A stretch of 62,116 nt of DNA, taken from the IMG/VR virus record IMGVR_UViG_3300021420_000004, positions 1 to 62,116 of that record; one strand, 5' to 3'. The notes under the pieces were generated by a model. It saw only the letters and a list, made by a program, of their open reading frames with translations. It was not told the origin of the DNA and made no database searches. The translations under genes and the position numbers were made by a program. Positions 9,306 through 17,830 of this stretch are shown in pieces. Source of the DNA: a virus (Duplodnaviria; Caudoviricetes). Position 1 is the first letter of the stretch, and every line of letters starts with the position of its first letter.

Positions 9306-9334
9306 GCTTTGTCCTCTTCTATGATCCGCCGACC
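9306..9334. repeat. 29-bp direct repeat, copy 2
   Basis: GCTTTGTCCTCTTCTATGATCCGCCGACC. Confidence 0.85.
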
Positions 9335-9351
9335 TTACCCTCCCGCCACCG

Positions 9352-10506
9352 TCACGGATGCTTCGCCGTGTACACGAACACCGCTCCCTGCCCGCTATCC
9401 GTCCCTGGCGCTCCCAGAAGCACCTTCCCGTCCTGCACCGCCACGCTTGCCCCAGCGTTCGTCTGCGGAGGCTTCGGCACCAAGCGGAGATCCGGCGTGC
9501 CCGATGCCCACCCTCCCGCTGGCTCATAACACACGAACGCCGATCCCTGCTGCACCTGCCATTGATTCACCGGCCCGGAGTCGCCGAGGATGATCGTTGT
9601 GGAGTCGATAGCCAGGGATGTGATCCCCCGGAAGTAGATATAATGCGGGATGGTCAAGGTCGCCGAGGGAATCGAGGTGTCCTGCCAGCCGGTCGAAGGC
9701 TCGATGAAGATCGGCGCGGAGCCATTGAGCAGGCCGGAGCCCGCGGCGGCGATGGTTCCCGCGTACATCGCCAAGGGACCCATGAGCGAGCCAGAGCAGC
9801 CCTCGGAGCTTCGGCTCCCGGCGGATAGTTCCGCCGTCTGGGTCATCGACTGCCATCCTCCGAGGGACTCCTGGTAGACGTAGATCGCCCCGCATCCCTC
9901 ATTCGCCAGGGGAGCGGAGATGGCTACCTTGACGCCAAAGACGGCCAGCGCGTAGCCGAATTCATAATCGGACTGCTGGGGATTATCCGATGGCGTCAGT
10001 TCCGCGCTGGGGGAGATTGACGAAGGCCATCCTCCACCCGGCTGCACGTAGAGATCCGCGACCCCGCCGGATTGCTGCGAGGCCATGACGACGGTTGAGC
10101 CGTTGACCGCTATCGACGGCAGCACTCCGGTCCAATCACTCGACGGCAAAAGCTGGGCCGTCTCGGTCGCATCCGCCCATCCACCTACGCCTTCGACGAA
10201 CACGAATCCTCCAGTCGAGGAAACGCCGACGATAGTAGTCCCCTTGTTCGCCGCCGCGACCTGCTGGATAGCTGAGCCATCCGAGGTCGTAAGAATCGCC
10301 AGCAGCGAAGGAGTCGCCCAAGTTGGCGCGGGCGCGAAGAGGTAAATCCCGCCATTGGAAAGGACCGCCGCCACCTGCCCGCTCAGCGCGACGGATTGTC
10401 CCGCTCGCTCCGAGCCGTTGATTGAGATTTCGCCGTTGAAGAATTGGCCGACCGCCAGCGACGCCAGGGACATCCATACGAGGATCAGCAATGGGATACG
10501 TTTCAT
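9352..10506 (-). CDS. secreted FG-GAP repeat beta-propeller protein
   Basis: Signal peptide ...ASLAVG|Q; repeats FGYALAV..AISAP..GAIYVY and AGASVAV..LLGAPG..GAVFVY; GGAGG SD. Confidence 0.85.
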   Translation of the reverse strand: MKRIPLLILVWMSLASLAVGQFFNGEISINGSERAGQSVALSGQVAAVLSNGGIYLFAPAPTWATPSLLAILTTSDGSAIQQVAAANKGTTIVGVSSTGGFVFVEGVGGWADATETAQLLPSSDWTGVLPSIAVNGSTVVMASQQSGGVADLYVQPGGGWPSSISPSAELTPSDNPQQSDYEFGYALAVFGVKVAISAPLANEGCGAIYVYQESLGGWQSMTQTAELSAGSRSSEGCSGSLMGPLAMYAGTIAAAGSGLLNGSAPIFIEPSTGWQDTSIPSATLTIPHYIYFRGITSLAIDSTTIILGDSGPVNQWQVQQGSAFVCYEPAGGWASGTPDLRLVPKPPQTNAGASVAVQDGKVLLGAPGTDSGQGAVFVYTAKHP

Positions 10507-10515
10507 ACTTCCCTC

Positions 10516-10680
10516 CTACTTAAAGTTGACAAGCTCAATCAGGTCCTTACATGCGAGAATAATCTCGCAGGCGCGGCGCTCGGGAGTCTTGCGATGTACG
10601 TCACCTTTGATGGAGGGATAAGCGTCCCCTAGATAATAGGAGACACGTCCCAGCAAACTATAAGCTTCCCAAGGCGTCAC
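10516..10680 (-). CDS. small hypothetical protein (54 aa)
   Basis: GTGA coupling to the Cas4-like stop; fills the gap. Confidence 0.4.
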   Translation of the reverse strand: MTPWEAYSLLGRVSYYLGDAYPSIKGDVHRKTPERRACEIILACKDLIELVNFK

Positions 10681-12278
10681 GATTTTTCTCCAGTTGATAG
10701 TGCAGCGGCGAGTCGTTCCGCTTCGTGATTACAGGTCCGGGCGACAAAGCGCCCCGTCGCCATCGGATCGCGCCGCACGTCTTCGCCACCATAACACACT
10801 TTCACGAAGGCGCATTCAGTGGGGTAGGAGCAAGCTTTCCGCGTTTTTCTGAACTTACGATTCAGCAAACTACGCCGCTCTCCGTCATCGACTGCGGATT
10901 CTACCAGAGCCACGTTTTCCGCGATCTCCGTCTCTTGCTCCTCTATTTCCTCCATAAAATCTCGAAGATCGTCATCGTTGCGATACACGGTAATCGGTGG
11001 AATAAAAACCGCGTCCAAGGGATGCTGACTCGTGTATCCAAGCGCCTGCGCGGAGGACTTCCATCCCAGAGGTCGCGGCTCCATGCCCACGGTCGAGTCG
11101 AACGCGGACATCGCCTCTTGGGAATCATCCAGCCGGTCGATCCATCGCTTCACGTCGTCCACCGGCTCTGGCTTCCAATGGCCGTAGTAGAGATTCGTCG
11201 CGCCTCCATCTTCCTTGATGTAGTCGTAGGACCAGCATTCGTCGCCAAGGTTGAAGGCAGATCCCTTCGCCGCTGTGCCTCGCGCCACATAACGACGGAT
11301 CAGGTGAGACTTCTGCGAGCGAACCTCGAAGCCGAACCGCGCTGACAACTCTTTATCCTTCCAGCGCTCCCCCTTGAGCATGTATTCGTAGCGGATGCCA
11401 AGGATGCGGGGCGGGGCGGGGAGTCCATGAAGGTAAACAGCTATACGGGGATCACACTCTAACCCATTACCATGATGAATGTCCGTCCACCAGTTCTGTA
11501 ATCGCCGCTCCACCTCCACTCCCTCGCTCAATCCCTGCATATCATGCTGCGCGTCCAGCTCCTTCCGGCGATCCCAGCTCGCGGCGGTCTTGAACGACAT
11601 GAGATACAGACTGTTATCCGAACGGGATCGCAGCAGTGCATCAGGACGGGAGCAGAATACAATCGCCGCGCCGTCGCGCCGGTCATCCTCGTAATACTTA
11701 TCGGGATCGACATGCGCCAACTCCCAAGTCCCCTCCCGCTCCACCTCCAGCACCTCGAACTCCTCCAGCAACGGTCGCAGCCGCCGTCTGGCATACGCCC
11801 GCACCAGCCCCTCAACCAGCGCGGACTGCTCCTTCCACAGATACTCGTCGAACTGGGATTGCCCGTTCGCTTGCGTGTCGTACAGCGCCTTCAACGTGGG
11901 ATCGTCGATCTCGACTCCCAGCTCCGAGGCCGTCGCCGTCATCTGCTGCTGAAGGTCGGTCGGCGCGGTCATCGCCGCCTGCTCGTTGGGATCGACGGCG
12001 AGGGCGTTGCGGTATTGCGCGAGGTCGGCTATCGCCAACTCCACCGCCGTATCTTCAATCGACGGCAGCGAGACGTTTATATCGTCGATGTTCGACGTGC
12101 TATAAGCGACCAGTAGCGTCTCCAATCCTTTGTGAACCGCCCCACCAACCGCGAGCGGCAACGGCTTCCTCGCTGGCGTCAATCCCACGCCCGACTGGTG
12201 GTATTCCAGCCAGCGGAGGCGATTGCAGCGCTGGAAGCTCTCGATGCGACTTCTATCGGTGAATACGGCCCGCGTCAT
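10677..12278 (-). CDS. Cas4-like PD-(D/E)XK exonuclease-family protein
   Basis: SRIESFQRC..LAVGGAVHKGLE..LEVERE..SRPDALL..MSFKT; C-terminal CSYPTECAFVKVC. Confidence 0.8.
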   Translation of the reverse strand: MTRAVFTDRSRIESFQRCNRLRWLEYHQSGVGLTPARKPLPLAVGGAVHKGLETLLVAYSTSNIDDINVSLPSIEDTAVELAIADLAQYRNALAVDPNEQAAMTAPTDLQQQMTATASELGVEIDDPTLKALYDTQANGQSQFDEYLWKEQSALVEGLVRAYARRRLRPLLEEFEVLEVEREGTWELAHVDPDKYYEDDRRDGAAIVFCSRPDALLRSRSDNSLYLMSFKTAASWDRRKELDAQHDMQGLSEGVEVERRLQNWWTDIHHGNGLECDPRIAVYLHGLPAPPRILGIRYEYMLKGERWKDKELSARFGFEVRSQKSHLIRRYVARGTAAKGSAFNLGDECWSYDYIKEDGGATNLYYGHWKPEPVDDVKRWIDRLDDSQEAMSAFDSTVGMEPRPLGWKSSAQALGYTSQHPLDAVFIPPITVYRNDDDLRDFMEEIEEQETEIAENVALVESAVDDGERRSLLNRKFRKTRKACSYPTECAFVKVCYGGEDVRRDPMATGRFVARTCNHEAERLAAALSTGEKS

Positions 12279-12568
12279 TTCCCCACCCGATCCACGACCA
12301 CCTCGCACTGCACAATCTGCGCCGCAATCCCCTGTGACAACTTGCCAGGACCGTCCAGCCGCACGAACGTGCGCCCCTCGTCCTCAAGGTTGTATGATCC
12401 CCGACTCACCGAATACAATTCGAATTTATCGGGGGCCGTGGACGTAATCTGCCATACCTCAAAGTACCCAGTCGTGGTAGAGTCCTCACACACAATCCCC
12501 ACGCGCCGCAACACGTCGCGGCCCTTAGGATGCAACTCAACGTATGTGCCCGCCTTGATTTCTGTCAT
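12275..12568 (-). CDS. hypothetical protein
   Basis: Coupled on both sides; GGAGG SD. Confidence 0.65.
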   Translation of the reverse strand: MTEIKAGTYVELHPKGRDVLRRVGIVCEDSTTTGYFEVWQITSTAPDKFELYSVSRGSYNLEDEGRTFVRLDGPGKLSQGIAAQIVQCEVVVDRVGK

Positions 12569-12738
12569 CGTCCCGCCTCCTTTTGCTCAACCTTCTCGAT
12601 CCCCCACCGTACCAGCGTCCGAATCATACTCGCCAAGGTCCGACCATCCTCGACCGCCATCCTCTCGACTCGATCCAGCATCGCCGGACTCATGCGGAAT
12701 GAAACCAACTCGGTGAACCTGTCTACTTTTGCCCTCAT
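12565..12738 (-). CDS. ribbon-helix-helix (Arc/CopG-like) regulator
   Basis: LVSFRMSPAMLDRVERMAVEDGRTLASMIRTLV. Confidence 0.8.
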   Translation of the reverse strand: MRAKVDRFTELVSFRMSPAMLDRVERMAVEDGRTLASMIRTLVRWGIEKVEQKEAGR

Positions 12739-12746
12739 GCGAGGAC

Positions 12747-12774
12747 ATATTAGCACGTCTGAATACGATGTCAA
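12747..12774 (-). promoter_or_regulatory. sigma70-type promoter, near-leaderless transcript
   Basis: TTGACA-16-TAATAT with extended TG; ATG 8 nt after the -10. Confidence 0.65.
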
Positions 12775-12924
12775 GTGTTATTTTCGCTCACCTGTGGAAA
12801 TACTTTATAACATTCACCATCCGCTACAGTTACGAAGACACAAATTTACAATATTTTCACTATTCTCTTGACTCCGAGGGGTGATAAGATGTAGTCAACA
12901 GAAGGTTGCCTGAGCAACGAAATC

Positions 12925-12996
12925 CCTGCGTGAGCAGGCCGGTTTACATGGGAGTGTCCGCCGGTCTGCTCAGCGTAGGAGAAAACTGGACACTCC
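12925..12996 (+). ncRNA. candidate structured 5' leader (hairpin plus pseudoknot)
   Basis: Stem 12925-12942/12961-12979; loop GGAGTGTCC is complementary to GGACACTCC at 12988-12996. Confidence 0.5.
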
Positions 12997-12998
12997 GA

Positions 12999-14279
12999 AT
13001 GGCTACTACGCCGTCGTGCATCTCCGCTAACGATCCAGCCATCACCAATCAGATCCTAAACGAGAATCCCAACGGCGATTCCTACGAATCCCAACGCAAG
13101 CGCCAACGCGATCCTTACTTTTTTGAACGCGACGCCTCTGGCGCGTGGCGAATCGTATCCTGGCTCGAACCTCGCGTCCATCGTGAGCAGCGTGAAGTCG
13201 CGCTCCAACTCCTCCGCGATCACGGCTGGATCGCCCGCGCTGACGCTATCGTGTCCTGTGGCCGCGCATTTATTCCCTTCAAGGGCTGCCTTGAAAAAGG
13301 TCCTGACGGGCGCTGGCACGAACTCCATGCCGTCGTGGGATTCTGCAATACCGCTTTCTGTTCTTATTGCTCTGATCCTAAGCGCAGATTAGATCATTTT
13401 CTAAACCTTGACCACAATCGCGTCATCCATTCTATCTACGCGATAACAAACACGCTCTCAGCTCGTGGGCTCCCCACATCAGTCAAGCGAATCGTCGTAG
13501 CCTCCAGAACCACCAAGACCACCAAAGGGCTAGGTATTCGTCAGCGTCAAGAAATCCTACAGAAGCAAATCGACCGATGGCGCGAGCGTGTTTGTCGCCA
13601 GTATGGAATCGGCACCGAGGAGCACGGGCTGCTTATCGCCGACGGCCTTCGTAAGGGGGGGGCCAGCGCTAAGATATTCTACGTAGGCCCCGACATTTCT
13701 GATTCCTTCCTGCGTGACACTTGGAAGGAAATCGTCGGAATTGGCTGGGAGTTCGATATAGACAGTGCCACCATTTGCGCCCACGAAATAGCGACCGACG
13801 AAATCGGCTGTCGCGGAATGGTCGAAGCAGAACTTCAGCGTCTCATGGAGGCCAATCACCAATTCGTCGCAATACGCAAGCCAAAGGAGCTGGCGGAACT
13901 ACATGTCATGTTCCGTAATTATCGAATGGTGCGCCGGATAGGATCGTTTTATGGCCAGAAGATCGTAAGCGATTCGGAGCAGATTACCGATATCGAGTCA
14001 TCCGAGATGACTGAGGCCGAAATCAACGCTGCCATAAACGCTATGCCCGTCGTTCCATCGGAGCTGGGATTGTGTATTACCTGTCAGGCTCCCCTAGTTG
14101 CGCTTATCAATCATAAGCCTAGCAATTACCAAGACTTAGACTCTAAGGCGATGCAGGTTAAGTATTACAAACCGAAGGAGCGTCAGGAACATAAACATAG
14201 TACCGTACATAAGTGTCCAGCCGACAGCAGATTGAGAGGAGATGTGAAGGCACTTATGAGCCAATCGCCGCCGTCCTGA
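12999..14279 (+). CDS. degenerate HUH rolling-circle Rep-like zinc-binding protein
   Basis: RADAIVSCG..C..H..FCNTAFCSYC; L..TW...G..FDI; YRMVRRIGSFYG; CITC; HUH and catalytic YxxK not present. Confidence 0.6.
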   Translation: MATTPSCISANDPAITNQILNENPNGDSYESQRKRQRDPYFFERDASGAWRIVSWLEPRVHREQREVALQLLRDHGWIARADAIVSCGRAFIPFKGCLEKGPDGRWHELHAVVGFCNTAFCSYCSDPKRRLDHFLNLDHNRVIHSIYAITNTLSARGLPTSVKRIVVASRTTKTTKGLGIRQRQEILQKQIDRWRERVCRQYGIGTEEHGLLIADGLRKGGASAKIFYVGPDISDSFLRDTWKEIVGIGWEFDIDSATICAHEIATDEIGCRGMVEAELQRLMEANHQFVAIRKPKELAELHVMFRNYRMVRRIGSFYGQKIVSDSEQITDIESSEMTEAEINAAINAMPVVPSELGLCITCQAPLVALINHKPSNYQDLDSKAMQVKYYKPKERQEHKHSTVHKCPADSRLRGDVKALMSQSPPS

Positions 14280-14341
14280 CCGCTCCAGCGATCCCCTGAC
14301 CCCGATTTCCGACCGCTCTACACGATGATGAAGGCGGAGCC

Positions 14342-14902
14342 CTATCCCCATTGTTCGGCCATAGCCTCTGCGATCCCCGGCAAGGTACGGCTACGTTCCT
14401 TCCAGCGATCAGGGCCCGGCGAAGCATGATGTACTCGTGGCGTCCGGCCTTCTACTATATTCGTAGGAACCAGTTTGGGTAGTCCTTTGAGCCACAAGCA
14501 GGTCGCCTTTGTCTCGCCATGTCCGAATTGCCACGGCTGAATGATCTGGTCGGGTTTCCGCCATTTTGTGCTTAGCACACCAATGGGATTTTCGATGGCC
14601 CATTTTTTGATAAGCGCGTTGTTTGCCAGCCAGCACTTGACAAATCGCAGCGCCTCTTTCTGCGGCTCAACTCTATTTTTGAACCACCTAGCACCGCTCA
14701 CAGCCAAGTAAGTGCAAGGCGGATGAGCGATCATCAAATCCCAGCAGCTCCACATGAACCAGTCTTCCTTAAGGTCCAACTGCATATGGAATTTACTGCC
14801 GTCTTCTGCTGGCAAAAGATCACACGACCAAGCATCATGGCCTCGCCCGCGAAATGCTTCCCGAACGATGCCAGAGAACTCACACGCCACCAGAACTCTC
14901 AT
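14342..14902 (-). CDS. phage DNA cytosine methyltransferase-like protein
   Basis: MRVLVACEFSG, AWSCDLLP, IAHPPCT, IENP, QPWQFGH, RSRTLPGIA.AMAEQWG. Confidence 0.85.
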   Translation of the reverse strand: MRVLVACEFSGIVREAFRGRGHDAWSCDLLPAEDGSKFHMQLDLKEDWFMWSCWDLMIAHPPCTYLAVSGARWFKNRVEPQKEALRFVKCWLANNALIKKWAIENPIGVLSTKWRKPDQIIQPWQFGHGETKATCLWLKGLPKLVPTNIVEGRTPRVHHASPGPDRWKERSRTLPGIAEAMAEQWG

Positions 14903-14917
14903 TTTTTGTCCTCCGCC

Positions 14918-15091
14918 CTATCCCTTCCAGATCCACCACAGCCACCGCACGACATGTCCCAAGGCCCACCACGCGCCTAGACATACCACGATGTAGAATC
15001 CCCAAGCCACGCGGATCAGCTTGCGGTTCTGCTGACGCCATAGCCGTATCTGCCGGTCCTCCGTCGCATAATCCTGCCATATTAACGACAT
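14918..15091 (-). CDS. small membrane protein
   Basis: GGAGG SD; Trp-rich hydrophobic C-terminal half. Confidence 0.5.
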   Translation of the reverse strand: MSLIWQDYATEDRQIRLWRQQNRKLIRVAWGFYIVVCLGAWWALGHVVRWLWWIWKG

Positions 15092-15328
15092 GTTATTGTC
15101 CTCCCCTTCCCTTTCTACGCTTCCGCGACTTCTCCCCGCGAAAGGATGGTTAAACTGGCACATGGCGAAAGAATACGACGCGCTGCCCGCCCTTGACGCG
15201 GCAGTGAGGGTTGGTCATATCGCCGTCGCGTGCTTTCCAGCCGTCTACCTCGAACGGTTTCAAGGCGGCGGAAATCTTCGCCCTATCCTCGGGCCAATGT
15301 GGACGGGCATTGCGGCCCGTTTCGACCT

Positions 15329-15568
15329 TTAGTAACTCGCCCAGCGTTGCTGTAGCTCTTGGCTTGGCTGCTCATACTCCCATCCATTCTGGTGACAGAC
15401 AATTTGCTCCCATACGTCACCGGACGCATCAAAACGGTCAATCCCCATGCGAGTGAACCCGGCATTGATGATGCGTTGCGTGGGTGCGTCAAAGTTCATC
15501 GCAAGGCCGTTCTTAATAGCCTTGATTTCGTCGCTGTGATCTTGGATAATCTGTTCGATTCGGCTCAT
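15329..15568 (-). CDS. hypothetical protein
   Basis: Purine-rich SD before MSRIEQII. Confidence 0.55.
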   Translation of the reverse strand: MSRIEQIIQDHSDEIKAIKNGLAMNFDAPTQRIINAGFTRMGIDRFDASGDVWEQIVCHQNGWEYEQPSQELQQRWASY

Positions 15569-15593
15569 TGTTCCCTTCTCCCTTTCTGTATCG

Positions 15594-15788
15594 CTAACCA
15601 CGATTGAACTCCGTCTCACCAGTTACAACTGGCGTCAGCTCGTCCCCATCCCATTCCGTCACCGCCGTCAGCCCTTGCCTAATGACAATCCTAAGCGCTT
15701 GGGCGAACGTCCACATCTGACGGTCCGCGATAGCTTGGATCGCATCGCGTTCGCTCTGCTCTAATCGCGTTTGTACTTGGATAAGCAT
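15594..15788 (-). CDS. ribbon-helix-helix-like regulator
   Basis: IQVQTRLEQSERDAIQAIADRQMWTFAQALRIVIRQGL. Confidence 0.7.
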   Translation of the reverse strand: MLIQVQTRLEQSERDAIQAIADRQMWTFAQALRIVIRQGLTAVTEWDGDELTPVVTGETEFNRG

Positions 15789-15794
15789 GATGAG

Positions 15795-15823
15795 AGTGTA
15801 TACAACGTATACGATCCTGTCAA
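15795..15823 (-). promoter_or_regulatory. sigma70-type promoter, leaderless transcript
   Basis: TTGACA-17-TACACT with ATG 6 nt after the -10; GTATAC..GTATAC palindromes overlap the spacer and -10. Confidence 0.75.
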
Positions 15824-15839
15824 GGATTATCTTTTATTC

Positions 15840-16345
15840 TGATCCACAGCTTATACACAGCGTTTGGCATCCCGATCCTGACCCGGTAACTAATAGCTCA
15901 AGATAGTTAATAGCCGTCCAGACCGCGCCAGCTAATGCATACTACATCCGTAGTAGGTCTCAGGGTGAGAATTGGTGAGGGATGTGAGCGGGTGAGTATG
16001 TACATCCCAACTCACGACTGGTAATACTACCCTCACCTGTCTAATCCTTATTCTCACCTGTCCGACGCTAACCTCACCTGTCCTTTGTCCCTCGACGACG
16101 CCGATTAGGACGCGGGATTCGCAGCTCGCCGACGCTGGACCCCCGACCGTCGTCCATCGCCCGCCATCGCGCATCCTTATTATATGTCCGATTGCCAGGA
16201 CGATGGCCGGGCAGATGCGAGTTGTCCGGATGGGAGGGCCTCCGCCGACGCTGACATGTCTCCATCCTCCCCACCCCCACACAAAAATAATAAAAATTAT
16301 AACTATCCTATAATCAACATGATCCCTAATTCCCACAGGTGAGGG
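15840..16345. other. non-coding strand-switch region; candidate origin or packaging site
   Basis: TGATCCACA and TTATACACA boxes; GTGAG x4; CTCACCTGTC x3 at 16032/16053/16073; AT-rich 16281-16320. Confidence 0.55.
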
Positions 16346-16347
16346 GA

Positions 16348-16376
16348 TTGACATGGCGGATGAGGGGTGATATGGT
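16348..16376 (+). promoter_or_regulatory. strong sigma70-type promoter of the rightward arm
   Basis: TTGACA-17-TATGGT with extended TG; GGAGGT SD follows. Confidence 0.8.
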
Positions 16377-16394
16377 CGCGGCTGGAGGTTAGAT

Positions 16395-16769
16395 ATGAAT
16401 CGGATACGTCAACTGGAGCAGCAGATCGCGCAGCTTAACACGGAGTTGAAGTGGGAGTACGATAACAACGCAAAGGGACAGACCATCCCATTGAGGGAGC
16501 AGGCGTTTACCAACGAGAGTCCGGGTACCGTGGGTGGTATGGCTGGACAGTTGTCGCAGCGAGACCCTATCGACGACGTATTTACCTTCCACGACAATCC
16601 CGATGCGGCTCCTCATTATATCGAGATCCGCGAAGCCGCTAAGACCTTCGCTCGCGTGATCGACCGGCATGCGCCGTGGTCAGAGGATAAGCGGTCCGCG
16701 CTCGGATGCGTTCGAGCGGCAGTAATGTGGGCTAACGCGGCGGTGGCGCTAAACGGACGAGGACTATGA
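16395..16769 (+). CDS. Acb2/Tad1-like helical hairpin protein (putative anti-defence nucleotide sponge)
   Basis: FTFH...HYIEIREAAKTFARVI...PWSEDKRSAL..VRAAVMWANAAVA. Confidence 0.7.
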   Translation: MNRIRQLEQQIAQLNTELKWEYDNNAKGQTIPLREQAFTNESPGTVGGMAGQLSQRDPIDDVFTFHDNPDAAPHYIEIREAAKTFARVIDRHAPWSEDKRSALGCVRAAVMWANAAVALNGRGL

Positions 16770-17032
16770 CCGACTCCTCCTTCCCCCACGACGCCCTAGG
16801 CAACTCGATCCGTAAGGACGACCTCGTACAGGTCAAGCTCCAGTCGCCGGACCTCATCTTCCAAGTCACCGACGTGCAACCCGCCGGGACGCTCATAGGA
16901 CCGGATCAGCAACCACTAGCGCTCCAAGGGACACTGACCGTTGCGGTGACCATCCCGATCACCTTCGCGCCGGGGGTCCTGTTGGGGAATATCTTGGTGC
17001 TGAAGAAGCCAGAGCAGGAGAGGACGAACTAG
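16766..17032 (+). CDS. hypothetical protein
   Basis: GAGGA SD; ATGA coupling. Confidence 0.7.
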   Translation: MTDSSFPHDALGNSIRKDDLVQVKLQSPDLIFQVTDVQPAGTLIGPDQQPLALQGTLTVAVTIPITFAPGVLLGNILVLKKPEQERTN

Positions 17033-17244
17033 TGGCTAAGACATATCTTAAACGCACACTTCGATTGGTGGCTGACAATGGTTGTAAGGTGTGCGAGGGT
17101 ACAGGAATCCGTGCGGAAAATCATTACTCTGTGGGATGCCGGAAGCTAGAGGTCGCGTTTGATATTTGCCCTTGTGTTAAGGTAAAACCCATTGGGTTAT
17201 ACCTACCCAAGAAGACACCTGATGTGATCGTGCCCGTTGACTAA
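17032..17244 (+). CDS. small zinc-finger protein
   Basis: CKVCEGTG...CPC. Confidence 0.6.
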   Translation: MAKTYLKRTLRLVADNGCKVCEGTGIRAENHYSVGCRKLEVAFDICPCVKVKPIGLYLPKKTPDVIVPVD

Positions 17245-17830
17245 TATGACCCCCTCCCCCGATGCCGTCGATCAGTCGGAGGTGATCCTCTCGGACGTAG
17301 TGAAGTGTCCGAAGTGTGGGGCGGATTGCCGTGATCTCGGTAATGGATATGTTACCTGCGATACTTGTTGTGAGCGTATCCGCAAGGAGCTAAACTCGTC
17401 CACCACGCCCGCCGATCCGAAGTCCTGCTCCTGCCTCCGTTGCGGCCACCACTGGACGCCCAAGGATCAATCCCGCCCCCCACGATGCTGCTCCCTGTGT
17501 CGGTCGGCGTACTGGGATTCCCCCTCAGCAGGCACGATGACGGATGAGCAACGCTCGGCGGCGCAAGCGCGGGTGAGAGAGAAGGTGGCGCGGCGGTCGA
17601 CGCTGGCGCGACGGAAGACGGCGGAGAGGAAGCTGGTGCGGTGGGCGGGGGAGGTAGGGCCGGATGCGCTGGAGATCGTGGCGGCGTTGTATCCAATGCC
17701 AGGTGATCCATCTCCTAAGTTCGAGACCGAGGAGGATCTAAGACATGCGTTGTTTAATCATGGGAAGGCTACCGTTATGATGCCTCCTGCGGGGATGCCC
17801 CCTCCGCCGAAGTTCGAGGACGAGCGATGA
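17237..17830 (+). CDS. multi-zinc-finger protein
   Basis: CPKC, CDTC, CLRCGHHW..CSLCRSAYW; C-terminal GMPPPP. Confidence 0.65.
   Translation: MTNMTPSPDAVDQSEVILSDVVKCPKCGADCRDLGNGYVTCDTCCERIRKELNSSTTPADPKSCSCLRCGHHWTPKDQSRPPRCCSLCRSAYWDSPSAGTMTDEQRSAAQARVREKVARRSTLARRKTAERKLVRWAGEVGPDALEIVAALYPMPGDPSPKFETEEDLRHALFNHGKATVMMPPAGMPPPPKFEDER

Noticed and set aside
16030-16085. Mini CRISPR array
   Set aside because: Repeats are only 10 bp with 10-11 bp spacers; no cas operon
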